A stretch of 63,962 nt of DNA, the filler included, from Diploschistes diacapsis (lineage: Eukaryota): assembly GCA_023645945.1 (NCBI GenBank). It is 9 parts of 9 records of this genome, joined end to end, with 100 filler letters (N's around TTAATTAATTAA, not from the genome) between each part and the next. Parts side by side here need not be neighbours in the genome. Positions count along the whole stretch, not along the records: positions 33,124 to 57,514 come from JALAIB010000241.1; 8 more parts are not named here. The stretch is one strand, 5' to 3'. A program made the position numbers and the translations under genes. Shown here piece after piece: positions 36,770-50,896 of the stretch (position 1 is the first letter of the stretch; every line of letters begins with the position of its first letter). The notes under the pieces were generated by a model that saw nothing but the letters and a program-made list of their open reading frames with translations, was not told where the DNA came from and made no database searches.

Positions 36770-39700
36770 TTAATCCAGCGTAATGACCTCCTTCGCCCCT
36801 TTATTCCCCGCACCTCCTCCTCCTCCTCCTCCTCCTCCACCAACTCCAGGCCCATTCCCTCCACCGCTAGAAGCACCCGGCCCATTCGCCCTCTTCTTCT
36901 TCGCCTGCTGCTGCTGTCCCCCAGCGGCTGGTCCACCGCCCATCATATCGGCCGTGCGCTTCTGCCCGCCATGCGTGCCCGCCCTACCGCCGACGGCAGG
37001 TCTGGCCTGCATGTTTGCCGTCGCAGCGCCGCCGCCGCCGCCGCCGCCTTGATGGCCCGATCTGGGTTGTGCAGCTGCTACTGCGGCACCAGCTACTGGA
37101 AGGGCGCTGGGTCTGGACTGGGCGTTGGGCTTGGCAGTCTGTGCGTTGGTGGCCTGTGCGGTGGGCTTGAGAGACGGGGTGTGGGGCAGGGGCTGTGAAG
37201 GGCCAGTGGGGCGAGCGGTTGGAGGATGGGGGCCTTTGTTAGTTGCAGTGGAAGCTGTGCTGGGGTTCGCGTCTGCGGGCTGTTGTGGCTGCTGCTGTTG
37301 CTGCTGCTCGGCTTGCTCCTCCTTAACCGGGGCATGGGCCTTTCCTTGGGCTGGTGTATCGGTGGTGCCGTTTGTCTGGGCTTGCGATGCTAATAGGGCG
37401 TCGGGGGCCGGTCCGGAGGGCGCGTTGGCGAAGAGGCTGGTGAATACGTCGTCTATGCGAAGGATGCATGGCGCTATGGAGGCCAGTTTGACGCAGAGGC
37501 CGCTGGCAATGCCGTACCAGCCGTCGCCACGCTCGCGGGTTAGGGAGGTCCACGCTGCACGGAGGGTATCTGGCCTTAATGGGGGTAAACTATTCACTGG
37601 CTTCTCTTGCCGGGCGCTCTTTTCGTTGGATGGCGCGTTCAACAGTGGCTTCTTGTCTTTTTGGTTCGAGAAAGGTGACTTGTTTGGTGGCGGCGAAGCC
37701 TTGTAATTCGATGGGGAAGAGCGGACGGATACAAAAGGATGACCGGACGGGCCGCTTGCATTGGCTGTGGGCCAGATGGCGGACCCTGGGTTGATGTACT
37801 CAACTCTACCGAGCGTGAGCCAAAGTACAATGTCTCGCCGATCACGTAGACGGATCTCGAACTCCAGCATAATGCTCTTGTTCCCATATCGCACACTGAA
37901 GCATGTTGCAGACCGCGGTAAGCAGTGAAATATTGGTGGACCGCCGTTGCTTGCATGCTTGGCTTCGATGCAGTTGATTACACTGAGAGTTGGCAATGTA
38001 GCGCGAAGCGTGGCAGCTACTGCATCCAGGCCGTTTGGCGCGGCAAGCTCCCGGGTGAGGAAGTCGGCGACATAGAGATGAGGGTTACCCTTGTCAAAGG
38101 AGATCTTCATCTTCTCGTCCTGTGGAATAGAAATCGTTGCCGATAGTTGCTCGGCTAGGGCATCATTATCTGGCATTGAAATAGCTTCCGATAGAGTCAT
38201 GGCGGAGTACTTGAAGGTCATACTGGTAAGGGAGATTTGAGTGCAGATAAGAGAGTATCGGCTGGCTGTATCGAGGAACTTGATCACCCCTGCGAGCTGA
38301 TGGAGCTTCTCTTCGGTAGCGGCTATACTCGATTTGCCTATAGGTGTCTTCACTTTGAACACAAATTCGCCATTTTCTGGGTGAAAAGCCAGCGAAGAGT
38401 CCATTCTCCCGGTCAGGGCTTGAATCTCCGGTCGTGGTTTGCGTAGTCTTCCAACTACAACGGTGCAGGCATCCCTGCGCGACCGGGAGATGCTGGGATA
38501 ATGGATCTTGAGAACCGAATTGCACCAAGAGTCGTCCATCTTCTGTTTCGGTGAATGTGCCTGGTCTTGCTTGATCGGAAACCGCACGAAAAGCTCAGGA
38601 ATCCTTCTCTTAGGGTGTTCCTTTGCAGCCGGCTGCTGCTCATGGTCCGCCTTGCGTGCTGAGAGCCTACGAATGTCGAAAAGCTGAGCTATCATCAACG
38701 AGCCTAGCTTCTCCAGATCGATCAGGTCTCGCATGGTCGGTTCCAAGACAACCACTGGCTTGTCGATGTATTTGATTTGGAGAGCTCGCTTGAGAGGCTG
38801 GTCAGTCCTAGCAGCCCAGTCTTCGGGAGTGAGATTTTTTGGCACATCTTGAGTTTCAATAAGCCAAAACTTGTCCCCGTCCATGCTGGCCGTGGCTGCG
38901 AGAATGAAGTCTTGCGGCCATATCGCAATCGTATAAAAGCGATACCGTACCTTGTCCGACCCGAACAAGTTCAGCATGGTAGATTGGTTTGCCTTGTAGA
39001 AAGTATTGAGCCTCCAGCCTATGGATTTCGCTTTCATTTGGATAAGGTCGAGTGTGTTGTTGCACCTCAAGATTTCTAGTGCAAGGGCCGACTCTGTTGC
39101 AGGCTCCCTTTGGCTATTTATCTGCGCTTCGCACTGTGAACTGAAAAATGAAGGTGGACTCAACATGAACCTGCCTGAGATCCAATCTTGTTGAACTATT
39201 AGAGTCTTTTTGCTGGAAATTTGCACTTTGAGGGAGCATTCCCTAGGCTCAAAAGCATGAGCTCTATGTTTCACGGTCAGGCGCGCATCGGTGTGGACTT
39301 TGCTAGCCTTCAATTTCCGTTTAGTCTCCTTGAAAATGTAGTTCGTATGCCGAGCGATGACCTCTTTGAGAAGTTTTTCAAAAGATAAGTTGCCTGTATC
39401 GATTTCGATCCCGTGGTTTTGGACTTCTGCACCATGGCGATGCCATCGAAGCGATAGATAAGAGACAATAGGCTGACCGCTATACTCGGCTCTCTTTAAC
39501 CTGCCACTATTGACAGCAACCTCTATCCAATTCTTTTTGCCCGGCCGATGAGCCCAGTACTGGACTACCACCCCTCTCGACGACCTGCACAGGATGGTGT
39601 CTGATGACCACCGTCCTAGCACCATGTCCCTTGCCTGATCACGAAGTATTGTCAACTTGTGCTCCAGTACAAATTCATGCAGGAACTCAAAACATGCCAG

Positions 39701-40747
39701 CAAACCTTCTCGACGCAAGACATCATTGGCTCTGCCTTCAACATAGCTCCTGAGGTGTCCTTCAGCAAGTGTGCGCGCACCAGGTAAGAAGGAAAATCGA
39801 AGATCGATGAAATAGAATTGAGAAGATGGATCCTCATCGGCTATGGAAAGGTCGAGCTCGAACTCGTCCCGCACATAGAACGTTACCCTTCCTGACTTTA
39901 CCGTCCAATTTGCGAGCTGAGCGGGAACAGTTTCCTGCGTTGTTAACCGTATGGTAAGCAAGCTGTTGAGCGTTTTTAAAGCCGACATGAGATCCTTTGA
40001 CGAGAGAGGTTTCGGCGGGAGATATCCAAGCTATAGGCTATTGATGAGCTTAAACGATCGGGTTTATGAGGCAGGAAGACTTACACTTGGCATCCATGCT
40101 GCCTTTCCTGTGGACAGCACTTCGATCGAAGTTCTGAGATCCGGCGAAGGCTGCTTTTCGCGCACTAACTGTCGCTTGAGTTCCGCCATCCAAGCCAGGA
40201 ATTCTTTATAATACCCCCTCCGTGTAAAGATAAAATGGTTGATGTCGATGATCTTGCTGACAGCTTCGGCGTTGCGACTCCATTGAGAAAGCACCATCAG
40301 CTTGATGAATTTTGCGCGCCAAACCTGAGCAAAGTCCCATAGCTTGTTTTTCCGGGCAATGTTTGAATCGTCCTTGATATCCTCGCTCAGAGATGCAAGT
40401 TCTGCCAGTTCTGTGATGAGATCCTCCATGGAATTATGCGTCTCTTGTGCCGTCCGCCCGGCCACTGTCGAGAGATGAATGAAGCCCTCTGTGATATGGT
40501 CCGGGAGATGAGGCGGACCGCTACTTTTCTCAAACTCATCAATTGTAGAGGGTAATAGGTCGTTAGCTATCGGCGCATTGTTATGATGGCTTTCTCCATT
40601 GACCGGGCCATACCCGTTGGGCGTGACATCTCCATTCGGCATACCCGTAGCCTGTCTTTTACTCGGACGTTGCTCTCCACCCTCAACCCCAGGCGTATCC
40701 GTCTCGACATCGACTGCATCGCGCGTGCGCTTCAACACGCCTGGCAT
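36770..40747 (-). CDS. RGR1: Mediator subunit Med14
   Basis: MPGV start, HITEGFIHLSTV..RTAQ, WRAKFIKLMVLSQWSR, PDLRTSIEVLSTG, VKSGRVTF.V.DEFELDLSIADED..SQFYFIDLRF. Intron at 40084-40031. Confidence 0.92.
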
Positions 40748-41752
40748 GTTGACAACGTTGCCCTTCTCCAACTGCCCCTCCCCCTCCACACCGTTAGCCT
40801 TCCACTCCGACCTCCCCTCCCTATGCTCCCCCTTCCCTTGTAGCGAATCTATCTTGTCTAGTCAGGAGGCATTCGAGTGAATGTTGGCTTAACTGCAAGG
40901 ATGTTGTGAGGGAGAGGCTTCGTGTGATGCTTTTCAGGCGGTCAAAAGCGTAAGACTTCAGGTGCTGAAGGCCGGAATAGGATTTTTTATCGAACGAGGC
41001 AGCTGGACCTGCTTTGGTCTTATCTGTCAGATGCGCTCTGAGTTGAAGTAGGCACAGGAACGGCGATGCATAGGAAGTGGGTTGGGATCCGCCGGCTGGT
41101 AAGAGACACGCAGGGAAGCGCAATAGCCACAACTGCGATAACTCACAGGCAGTATCACGTCGACTTAAGCCCGAGTTTGGGAGTGGGATTAGAGATAGCT
41201 GAAGTTACAAGTGAGATAGAATATAAGAATGGACAAAGGCGTAATCGTGCTGCTGCTCAGTAGAGCCGCAGCCGCCGGTGATATGATCCGGTACCCCAAA
41301 AACTGGTAGCTTTACTAATACCATGTCTGGGAGATAAACTGACGTGGCTTTAAAAAAAACCCACTCGGAGCTACCTATCCGCCACCAATGCCCACCATCA
41401 CCCCAAAAAGTGAGATTCGATGAAGCTGTTCCTAGAGTTTTTTACATGTATACTGTGATCAATTTGAAAGCATCCTACGAGCTCTTATGTGGCGGTGGAA
41501 GAGGTATTTGGGCGTGTAAATTGTTCTTAATATCGCCTGGTGGTGGGGGTGACCCGACATATGGTATTATATTTTTCGTCCCTTATTGCGACGGCCTTTC
41601 AAATGCCTTCCCTTCACCTCCCTAATTACCTCAACCACATTCGACCCTCTTTCCCGGTCGCTCTCCCCTTATGCCGCGCCCTCTCTGCAACGAGCCTCAC
41701 TACTACGGCCACGCATTTCCATCCTCCACCCCTCCTCCTATCGTCCCTCTTC

Positions 41753-44700
41753 TTAAGGCTCAACCGTGTACTTCAATCTAAACCCCGCCGCCGCCAACTC
41801 CGCATCCATATACCTCAGCACCCCCGGTATCGCCACAACCGTTGTGTCTTCCCCGCCCGTATATTTCCTCCCCTCCCCATCCTCCCAGACCTCGAACTTG
41901 CTCAAATTGCCCCCCTCCTGCACAGTCTCGCCCTTCCCCACCTTCCTCGCACACACCCTGCACCTCACCACGCCGCTGCCCTTCCCGGACTCCCCCTTCC
42001 CACCTTGCACAACGGTACTCTGCACGGTCGAGAAGCTGCCGCAGCGGCGACAGATCCACGCGTGCGTATAGTCCGAACAGTTCATCAGCCGATCCTGCAG
42101 CAAGAACGCGGCCCCGTGCGCCAGCAGCGCATCGCGCTCCATCTCGCCGACCCGGATGCCGCCGCCCTTCTGCCGGCCCTTCACCGGCTGGCCCGTCAAC
42201 TGGTTGACGGGCCCCGTCGCGCGCACCTGGTACTTGTCGTTGACCATGTGCCGCAGCCGCTGGTAGAAGACGACACCGATGTAAATGTCTGCTGCGAACT
42301 CTTGACCCGTTATGCCGGAGTACATGGGCTCGTTCCCATGGTAGTTGTATCCCGCGGCCCGCAGCTGCTCGCCGAAGTACTCGCCCGCCGGCTGATCCTC
42401 GTTAAAGCGCCAGGGGCTCGAGTCCTGCGCTAGCCCGTAAAGAGCGCCGGACTTACCGGCCAGAGACTCGACGAACATGCCGATCGTCATGCGGCTTGGG
42501 AAGGCGTGTGGGTTGATGATAATGTCGGGGATGATGCCGGACTCGGAGAAGGGCATGTCTGCTGCGGGGTATTTCTGGGACAGGACGCCCTTTTGCCCGT
42601 GCCGACTGCTGAACTTGTCGCCGATGACGGGGGAACGCTCGATGCGGAGTTTGATGCTGAGGGCTTGGCAGGGCATGTCGCCCGATTCGGAGCCTAATAG
42701 GCGTACTTCTTCGACCCAGGCAGGTTCGAAGTCTTTGTATTTGTGTAGATTTGTGGTGGCGTCACGATTGATGTAGGTTTGGGTAAGGGGGTCGTAGGAT
42801 ACGGTGTAGGAGGCAGCGAGGGGGTCGCCTTCGAGGAGTTGTGTGCCGATGAAGGGGACGCCATCCTGGTCGAGCTTCGTGCGGGTGCCGGAGGAAACCC
42901 AGCTATTTGGGGCGAAACCGAAGAGCGCCTTCGCGCCGGATTTGGAGCGTGCGCGTGTGTTGTCGTCGTCGATGCGGACGATCTTGGTTTTGTAGACGGA
43001 GCCGTTTCCGAAGCCACGCTCCAGCGCAGACTTGTTTATTATCATACCGTCGTCCATGTCGTAGCCAGTGTACGAGATCACGGCTACGACGGCGTTCATG
43101 CCGTTGGGGTAGTTGTCGAGGCCGTATTGGTTGTAGAGAGGTGGACGGGCTATTGGAGTTTGGCCGGTGTGCAGCCGATACGCTTTGTTGTCTGTTCGGT
43201 ATCGACCGGCCGTTCCAGCAGTGCCCATAGACTGTTTGCACATCTGGCATTGATACATGTTACGCGGTGACTGGTTGTGATCCGAGAAAGGAGTTTGATT
43301 TGCGAAAATCGAAAGGATATTGCGAATGTCAATCTCCACGTGCGTCGATTCCCCTGGCTCAATCTCGTGCTCCCAGCAGGCGATCGACATGTACTGTTGC
43401 TCGAATGGGCCCACGAAGTCTTTCTTCTCAAGCCGCAGGCACTTCACTGGCCTAATCAGCCGCGCAGCGGAGGAGAATAAGAAGAGGCCGGGAAACAGGC
43501 CACCACTCGAATTTGGCACATAACCAATCTCTAATTCCACCGGAACATCGTTGTGTCCCCCAACCTTCCATTGCCGAAGCGTATCTGCTACAGTTTGAGC
43601 TCGCTTTGGCGTACAGTAGCCGATGATTCTCCCATCAAGCTGGACAGAAACGCTCTCGTTCATAGACGCTGATGGCATAGCACTCACTCCCAGTTGAGCA
43701 AGCAGGAGAGGAAGGGAAGACGTATCAATAGTATTGGTTGTTATCTTACACTCATGAGCAAGGTGATTGAGGATGCCACATGGCGTTCCATCGGGCGTAT
43801 GTACAGGACACAGAAAGCCCCAACTCTCAGGTAGGAGTTTGCGAACTGCAAGAAAAAAAAAAGAATTAGCTGGGAGGTGTGGAACGACAGCCGCGCATAC
43901 CAGAAGTTGTTCTAAGTTCAGCAAAGAAACTCCCTCGGTGCACCATTCGGAAATGGCTCATGAACCGATAAAAATTGATCTTTTCCGCTACTATCGTGAA
44001 CCCCGTCGTCTGTTGCAGATCAAGCCCAGAAGGGCTGGATAAATTTCCTGTGGACAAAAAATACTCCAAGGTACCGCTAATCGCCTCTGTGGTCCTTCTC
44101 ATGACCTTGTTCTGAAATTCCTTGGAGAAATCTGGATCCGAGAAACGCTTTGCCGATGCTGGGTTCTGAGCATACAATCGAAGTGCATTTCCAATAGAAT
44201 TGAGCCATTCTTCTAATTTCTCCTTCAGGATAGAGCCATAGAGGAAACCGCCTAGCATGATTTCTTGATTCGAAACAGCATCGGGATTATCAGGAGTACA
44301 ATCACCAGAGACGATAGTGTATAGCTTTCTGATCATGAACAGTAGGAGATTAAACTTATCTCTATCTTGCGACTCAGTCACATCAACATTGCCGAGGTGC
44401 ACAAGTACGATCTTGCGAAGAAATTCGGTGCCTGCAGCAGTATTTGACATATCGTCAGGGAGATTGAGGATAACTTTGAAATTTTCTCCCAAGTGGGCTC
44501 GGCTCGGAATTTTCGCTCGTAGATTGAAAGACTTGTAAGATCGTAACAGTAGCTCCACCCTGTCAGTGATGAAGGTGTTCTTCAACCCTTCAGATCCAGG
44601 ACCCCCGATGAGCTGCTCAAAGATCTCCCGATCACTTGTCTCAACAAGCGCGTTCAAGATCATCATTACTGGAATTAGGTACTGGTTCTTTCTCCATAAG

Positions 44701-45521
44701 AACCGAAACGTTATGTTACCGTCTTTTAAGTAATGCAGTACATTGGTCTGAGAAGTTTCATCAGGGCGCACGCACCTAATTTGTATACCAAACTTGGAAT
44801 ATAATTGGCCACGAGTTTGGAAAGAATTTCGTACAATACCCATGGGGTAGTTGCGCTTAGCAATGATAAGTAGTCGTATGAGCCTCTCGTTGCCGTTGAC
44901 GATGAAGTAGCCTCCCATCTCTTCCGTTTCCTCCTTGTGCTGAACCAGTCTGGAAGGAGGCAGGCCTTCAAGAAGGCAGCGGTTGCTGCGGAGCATGATG
45001 GGCAAAAGGCCAAGGTCCCGAACGGTTGTCTGCCATTCCCTACCATTGACCCTGAAGGCTAATTTTGCCCGTAACCTGCCTCTGTAGGTAGCATGTCTTT
45101 CCCTGCACTCTGATGGCCAGACCAGGCGATTCTGTGTGCTGAACTTGTTCGTTTCCGGCAATTTGGACGGATCGAGTGTGACTTCCGTGATTTTGACTTG
45201 AAGCCTGTCCGTCTTGGCGCGCCTAGATCTCTCTGTCTCGTCCTCGCTCGATCCATCTGGTTCATCCTCCCTCGGTTCCCCGCCTGTGTTTGTCTGTTCA
45301 AGGAATGTCCTTGTCCCTATATCTCGAATCGCGGAATCGAGGAGCTTCTGATTTTCAAAGATAGCGTTGAAAGACTCGACGTGAGGTCTCACAGCCTCTT
45401 GAAGACGCGGAAAAGCAGAGCGATCGCGCGGAGGCTTGCGGAACAGCTTTTCTCGGCGCACAGTGTCAAACTTCACATCCCATCTGGTGTTCGTTCGAGC
45501 GGTAGCTGTAGAGGACGGCAT
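41753..45521 (-). CDS. RPA135: RNA polymerase I second-largest subunit
   Basis: PSECRERHATYRG, HRGSFFAELRTTS|VRKLLPESWGFLCPVHTPDG, NQSPRNMYQCQM, GDKFSSRHGQKG, GGGIRVGEMERD. Intron at 43900-43846. Confidence 0.97.
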
Positions 45522-47444
45522 TGCGAATGAGCACTGCACATCGGAGTCAATTCATGCAGCTCCAGTAGGAATCAAGCATTGAGGAGGTAATGACGGTAGT
45601 GTATCGGTAGTTAACATCATAATGAAAGTGTAAGCTACGTAGTAGGAAGTTACATGGCAAACCACGTTTCTCTCTCATGGATGGTTGTTGAGGTATTTCG
45701 TACTTTTTTTTTTTTGGCTGTGTATCGAAAACGTTGCAGGGATAGCTTATCCTGACAAGTGTACGAAGTATACCGAAAACCCCGAAAAAAGGTTAGCGCT
45801 GATTAGTGCACGTAGGGGGGGGCCCTTTTCACCATATATCAACAACCTTTTTATTCTGAGGGGTATTTCGTTAAGTCCGGTATTACCGACAAGCCCGGTC
45901 ACGTTGAATATTCTTCCCGCCACCAAGTGCACGCCTGCAGGGCACATATAGGCAATACAGCTAGCAGAAACCTACAATTGAACAAGCAGGTAGTGGATCT
46001 AGAGCATTTGCGCGTTCCTTTTTCCAGCTCTATACGCGAGAAAAGTGCGGGACCGAGACTCCAATAATTTCTATCCCTATCTCATCAAGTGAACGTCTCT
46101 GCAATACACTCTCCCTTTTAGCTTGACAGCGTGAAGATCAGGCTTAACTCAACCAAAGCCATGGAGGGTGGGGCTTCTTGTTCGCCTGGTTGTGCTGGGT
46201 AGGTATGGAAATAATGTGGTGGTACACATTGTTGCCATATCTTGATCCACCAAAGTTACTTTTCCGGCCACGGCCGCCAGACACATGACTCTGTCTCCCC
46301 AAGGACGGGAGGGGACGGCTGTTCAGGATGAGACGGGGGGGCCTCGATGATGATCTGACTGTAGTTTGTTCGCAGATGTTTCCCATGCGCTCCGAGACAC
46401 GGTACGAGCGAGTCTTGACGCGAGTACAAGCAGGGGCTACAGCTTTTGATTCAGAAGTAGTCGATTGTTTCGGCATAGCTTCGCAGTACAGCACTTGTCG
46501 AATACGCGACATGGACATGCGGCACGTCCGAAGCATGGAGGGGGGATGCTTAAAAAGGAGATCAGCTGCCACCCTCTGTCCGTCCGTGGGTCTACAGGGG
46601 ATCCCGCAAGGGGGGAAAGGCAAGGTCATTCATTATAAGTTACTGTACTTCCAAGGGACCCCCAAGTTGGTAACGCCTTTCTTCTGCCCACCGCACGACT
46701 AGAAGTTATGTATGCGTATGCGTATGTATGCATATGCGAAGCACAGTGTCTCCACCCCCACTAACTAACTAACAGCTAAGTTGTTTCTGCCGCTGTTCAA
46801 CATGGGATAGGAACTTCAAAGTAATGCAAAGCGATGAGAGTCAAGTAGGTAGTGTCAGTAAGAGAGAAGTCTGGGTCTACGTTGCATACCTACATAGGTC
46901 TACATAGGTTAGATAGGAAGCAGTGCTAGTCAAGGCCGGCGAGGAGGGACGGAGAGGGACGGTGGACCGTCCCATGCGAAACTTTCTTTAAGGTTGATTT
47001 AATGGAATCGCTCACGAGGCACCGACTGAAACGGATCCTTGGGTGCTGGTGCAGGTCCTGATTGCTAGCTACCGACTTTTTATTGCTCCCATTTCCTGAT
47101 TTTTTACTGCTTTCTTTGGACTGTTCATCGAATCAAGTTGAGCGCTTAGTGTTTGTTTGTGGGAAATCGCGGCATTCTCGCCACCTATCGAACGAACCGG
47201 TTATCACCAGTGACAGACAAACGCAAACTCACAGCCTTGACCTTTCGCACATGGAAGCTTGAGCATTCAATTGTCCGTCCGTAAAGGGCAGGCCGGAAAA
47301 TATAAACATAATTAGTAGCGATAGAAGATACCTTCTACCTGTAATCCAAGAAAGACCAGCGTTGGGCGAACAGCCGACCAATCCTTCTTCCCTGAAGAGT
47401 CGGTCCCCCAGCATTATTATTTTTTCGCCTACTCTACTACATAG

Positions 47445-47474
47445 AGTACAGTACAGTACAGTACAGTACAGTAC
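47445..47474. repeat. (AGTAC)6 microsatellite
   Basis: Read directly from the sequence. Confidence 0.85.
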
Positions 47475-47911
47475 TTGTGCTATTCCCCCATACCCCCGGC
47501 TCAACTCTCACTTGTTCACAAACACCTTTTAAAAATTTCCCACCTTCATTATTAGTTAAGCGTTATTAGACCTGATTTCCCTACCACCCTCTAAACTCAC
47601 ATCTTGACTTTTCTGCCTTGCTTGTCTACCCCAACGAGTGCTGTGTAGCTGCGCAATAAGAACAATTCCTGTTGCATTATCAGGGGAGTTCTTAATCCTG
47701 CTGCCATTCCCACCGGGGCACAAGCTCCCCCCCCGGCTCCCCACCTCTTTCATGCGGCTCCAGCGAAAACAGAGCCAACAAGGAAGAACCAAGGGACTCC
47801 CAAAGGTTTTTCAACAGCAACGTTCCGGTCGTTTATTATCATCGCGGTTCAGCAGACATCTCCAGCGAAAGCAGGCTCTGCCGGATTCAGTGACGCTCTC
47901 CAGCTGGCGCC

Positions 47912-48887
47912 ATGGCCAGCTTCTTCCAAAACATCTATGATTGGCTGCTGCGGCTCTTCTGGTTGGTAGCACTTTTGCCTCGTTCTCTGCAAAGCATCCA
48001 TGTGTTCGCGCACCGTCAATGTACTTTCTATCCGGCGCCGGAGCCAGCTTCGCATGCTGTCCCATTTGACAGCGGCGACAGTGCCTTGAAAGCTGGGGCG
48101 ACTGACGTAATGCAGGGCAACGGAGATGGACGTGACGATGATAGGTTTGCAGAATGCGGGCAAAACGTCGTTGTTAAGAGTGCTTGCTGTGCGTATTCCT
48201 CCTTTCCCTCCTGCCTCCGAGTACTAAATAACCCTTTCGTAGGGAGGAGAATTCACTATAGAGTAAGTTTGGCCCTCAGTTGACACTTACAGTATTTGCT
48301 TTCACTGGTATTGGTTTTTTCTTTTCGTCCATTTCTCATCACTTTTCTTCCCACAGCTCGATTCCGACAGTTGGCTTCAATATGAAACGGGTGCAAAAGG
48401 GTCATGTGACGCTCAAGTGGTAAGTCGATCCACGAGGCCGATCTGCGTTGCTAGTCACCCTTCGGATATTTGCGCGAATGTTGACCCGAGGTCAGCTGGG
48501 ACCTAGGCGGACAGCCTAGATTTCGATCAATGTGGGAGCGATATTGCCGCAGCGTCAATGCAATTGTGTACGTTTTTCGCTCCGATGAGGCGAGCTTGGT
48601 TGACCATGCTCAGGTACATCGTTGATGCTGCGGACAAGGAGGCCGTTCCAGTAGCCGCAGAAGAATTGCACGCCCTGCTCGACAAACCAGCATTAAAAGG
48701 GATTCCACTGCTCGTCTTGGGAAACAAATCCGATCTTCCCGGCAAATTGTCAGTTGATGAACTGATTGATGCGATGGACCTCAAGGCCTTTAAGGGACGC
48801 GAGACGAGCTGCTATGGCATAAGCGCCAAAGAAGAAACGAACCTCGATGCAGTCTTGCAATGGCTCATTGCTAGGAAAAGCAAATGA
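47912..48887 (+). CDS. ARL8: ARF-like small GTPase Arl8
   Basis: Spliced [77 protein letters not shown]. Five introns and one 20-nt exon. Confidence 0.93.
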
Positions 48888-50230
48888 AAGGAAGAAACGG
48901 TGTGTGAATGAGTAACGAATCGCTTGGCTGTGGAACCAGCTTTACGATCTTGACGACATGATGGAAAGACGCATGCAGCGAAGCATTGCACGCCAGCAAT
49001 GGCATAGATACATTTCTGAAGCGCAAAGCAACTTTCGGTTTCTTTCTTGTGTGAAACGACATGGCTGGAGTTTGGCTGGAAAGTGGGTAACTTATTTCGG
49101 CGTGCATGAGCAGTGGTTTCAGAGATGGCGGGAACGGAGTTTTGGCAACTGGGACGAGCTCATTAGCCAGGTGTATAATTGGTATTATCAAAAGCAGGAG
49201 GAGAGCGTCGCTTTCTGTTTGCGTCGAACCGGGCCAGCTGATGTTTTCTGTTTAACAAATTCCAATTGCTTGGCCACGCTCTCGTAGTATTTGCAATACC
49301 ATACACCCCTTAGCACGGTGGCAGTGAGGAGCGCAGCGGCCGCGCAGCATCGCACACTCAATTCTGTTTTGATAGGAATGAGAGAAGTAGATCTAGTGCA
49401 TTAGATTCATGATTCTCCACTTCACATTATTGTCGAAGAAAGAAGAAAGAAAGGAATCACAAAAAGACTGAAGAAATCGATCGCATGGGCCTCATACTCA
49501 TAGCCTTCTGCCAACTCATCAAGCATTACTAGGCTCGTTGCTTGTGGGGCGTTGATTTACCAGTAATACCTTGTTCTTATATCATCCCTATAGCCGCCAT
49601 CTGTGTCCAAGGAGGGAACAGACCATGATCTAACATAATACGCATGACTGGGAGCCTACTACATACTACACCACCTACCTATACCTACTACTAGTTTCTT
49701 TAGAAGCCTGTTCGCGTTGTGGCTATTTCCTCTCGTATTATTGAACGAAGACGAAGACGAAGACAGGTATTGTTACTCTTTATTGAAGATAGAGTACGTG
49801 TCAGCAATCGTACACTAAACATGAGTTATGAGTCCGTAGGCGAGTTCCACTTCGTAATAATGTGGCTCATTCTCGTGAGCATAAATTCCTAATGACCCCA
49901 TCCATATATCGATGTAATGCTTTGAAACTGCATGCCAGTTAAAGCCTTGTTTTGAAGTCCCTTTTTCCCGCACCCGAGGACTCGAAAAATTCGCAAAAAG
50001 AACTGGGTTGAAAAGCAGGTGTGCATTTTTCGCCTGTGAAATGTTGGCACTACCTACCTACCTAATGCATACATAACGTCAACAATCTCTCACACCTTGC
50101 ATTCTACAATTCTAAACTCACTCTTCTTTTCCTTCGGCTCAAGCGACCTTTTCGTGCTTTACCCAAATTAACTCCACTTGCCTGATCCTAAGCTTTTTCG
50201 CTCTTCTTTAACGCATCAGCTTCTTTCATC

Positions 50231-50896
50231 ATGGGCGTGATTCCGAACGAAAGTCCGCTTGAGAAGCGACAAATGTAAATGCCGCCCTTGACTTCCCAAG
50301 ACTTTGGTGCTCGGTGGTGGATTGCATAATCCCTTTGCGCAATCGATGCCAGATGTTGAGCAGATTGGGAACGCGTTCTTCGTAGATTGTCTAGCTAACA
50401 GATGGTAGCTATAACTGCAACAACTATGGCTACTATTACGACTACAACAGTAATGGCTGCTATTACAGTGGGTGGAACGCCTACGGCCGATGGGTTCTCC
50501 TGGCAGTCATCGTTATCGGTGCTTTCCTGCTATTCCTTTTGTTTTCGTGAGTTTTGGCAATATACAATTTATATTAGCATTGTAGCTGACATGCTTTTTA
50601 GCTGCATCACTGCTCGCCGTCGCCGTCGCATGGGTAGACCTCCCTATCCTATGACTGGCTGGGCCGGGCGCAATGGTCCTGGATACAATCCTCAGAACCA
50701 GCAAGGATACTACAACCAGCCAAACGGGGGCTACAACCCAAACAACCCAGGCTATAACGTTCCTCCTCCAGCATACGGACAGCAGTATGGGGGCGCCAGT
50801 GCACCACAACAACCGGGCCCCATCTATCAAGGCGCTCGTGGTGGCGAGAATGTCTACGATAATACGCCGGGCAAGAAGGACAATGTCGTCCGGTAG
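50231..50896 (+). CDS. RCR-family (chitin synthesis regulation/Congo red resistance) single-pass membrane protein
   Basis: LEKRQ|..CYYSGWNAYGRWV + TM + CITARRRRRMG..GW..PPPAY (PY-like motif). Introns at 50275-50408 and about 50547-50601. Confidence 0.8.

Noticed and set aside
41540..43270. Long antisense and alternate-frame ORFs over RPA135 (likewise over SWI6, amidohydrolase, MED14, SRC1)
   Set aside because: Shadow ORFs caused by GC-rich coding sequence, with no domain features.
45683..45848. GGTTGTTGA..TCAACAACC inverted pair upstream of RPA135
   Set aside because: Only a 9-bp match and no TSD.
48263..48356. Stwintron in ARL8 intron 3
   Set aside because: The internal GT..CAG is only about 30 nt, and excising it does not rebuild a valid donor.
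48958..49287. Trp-rich 109-aa ORF after ARL8
   Set aside because: It starts about 70 nt after the ARL8 stop, probably in its 3' UTR, and has no recognisable motif.
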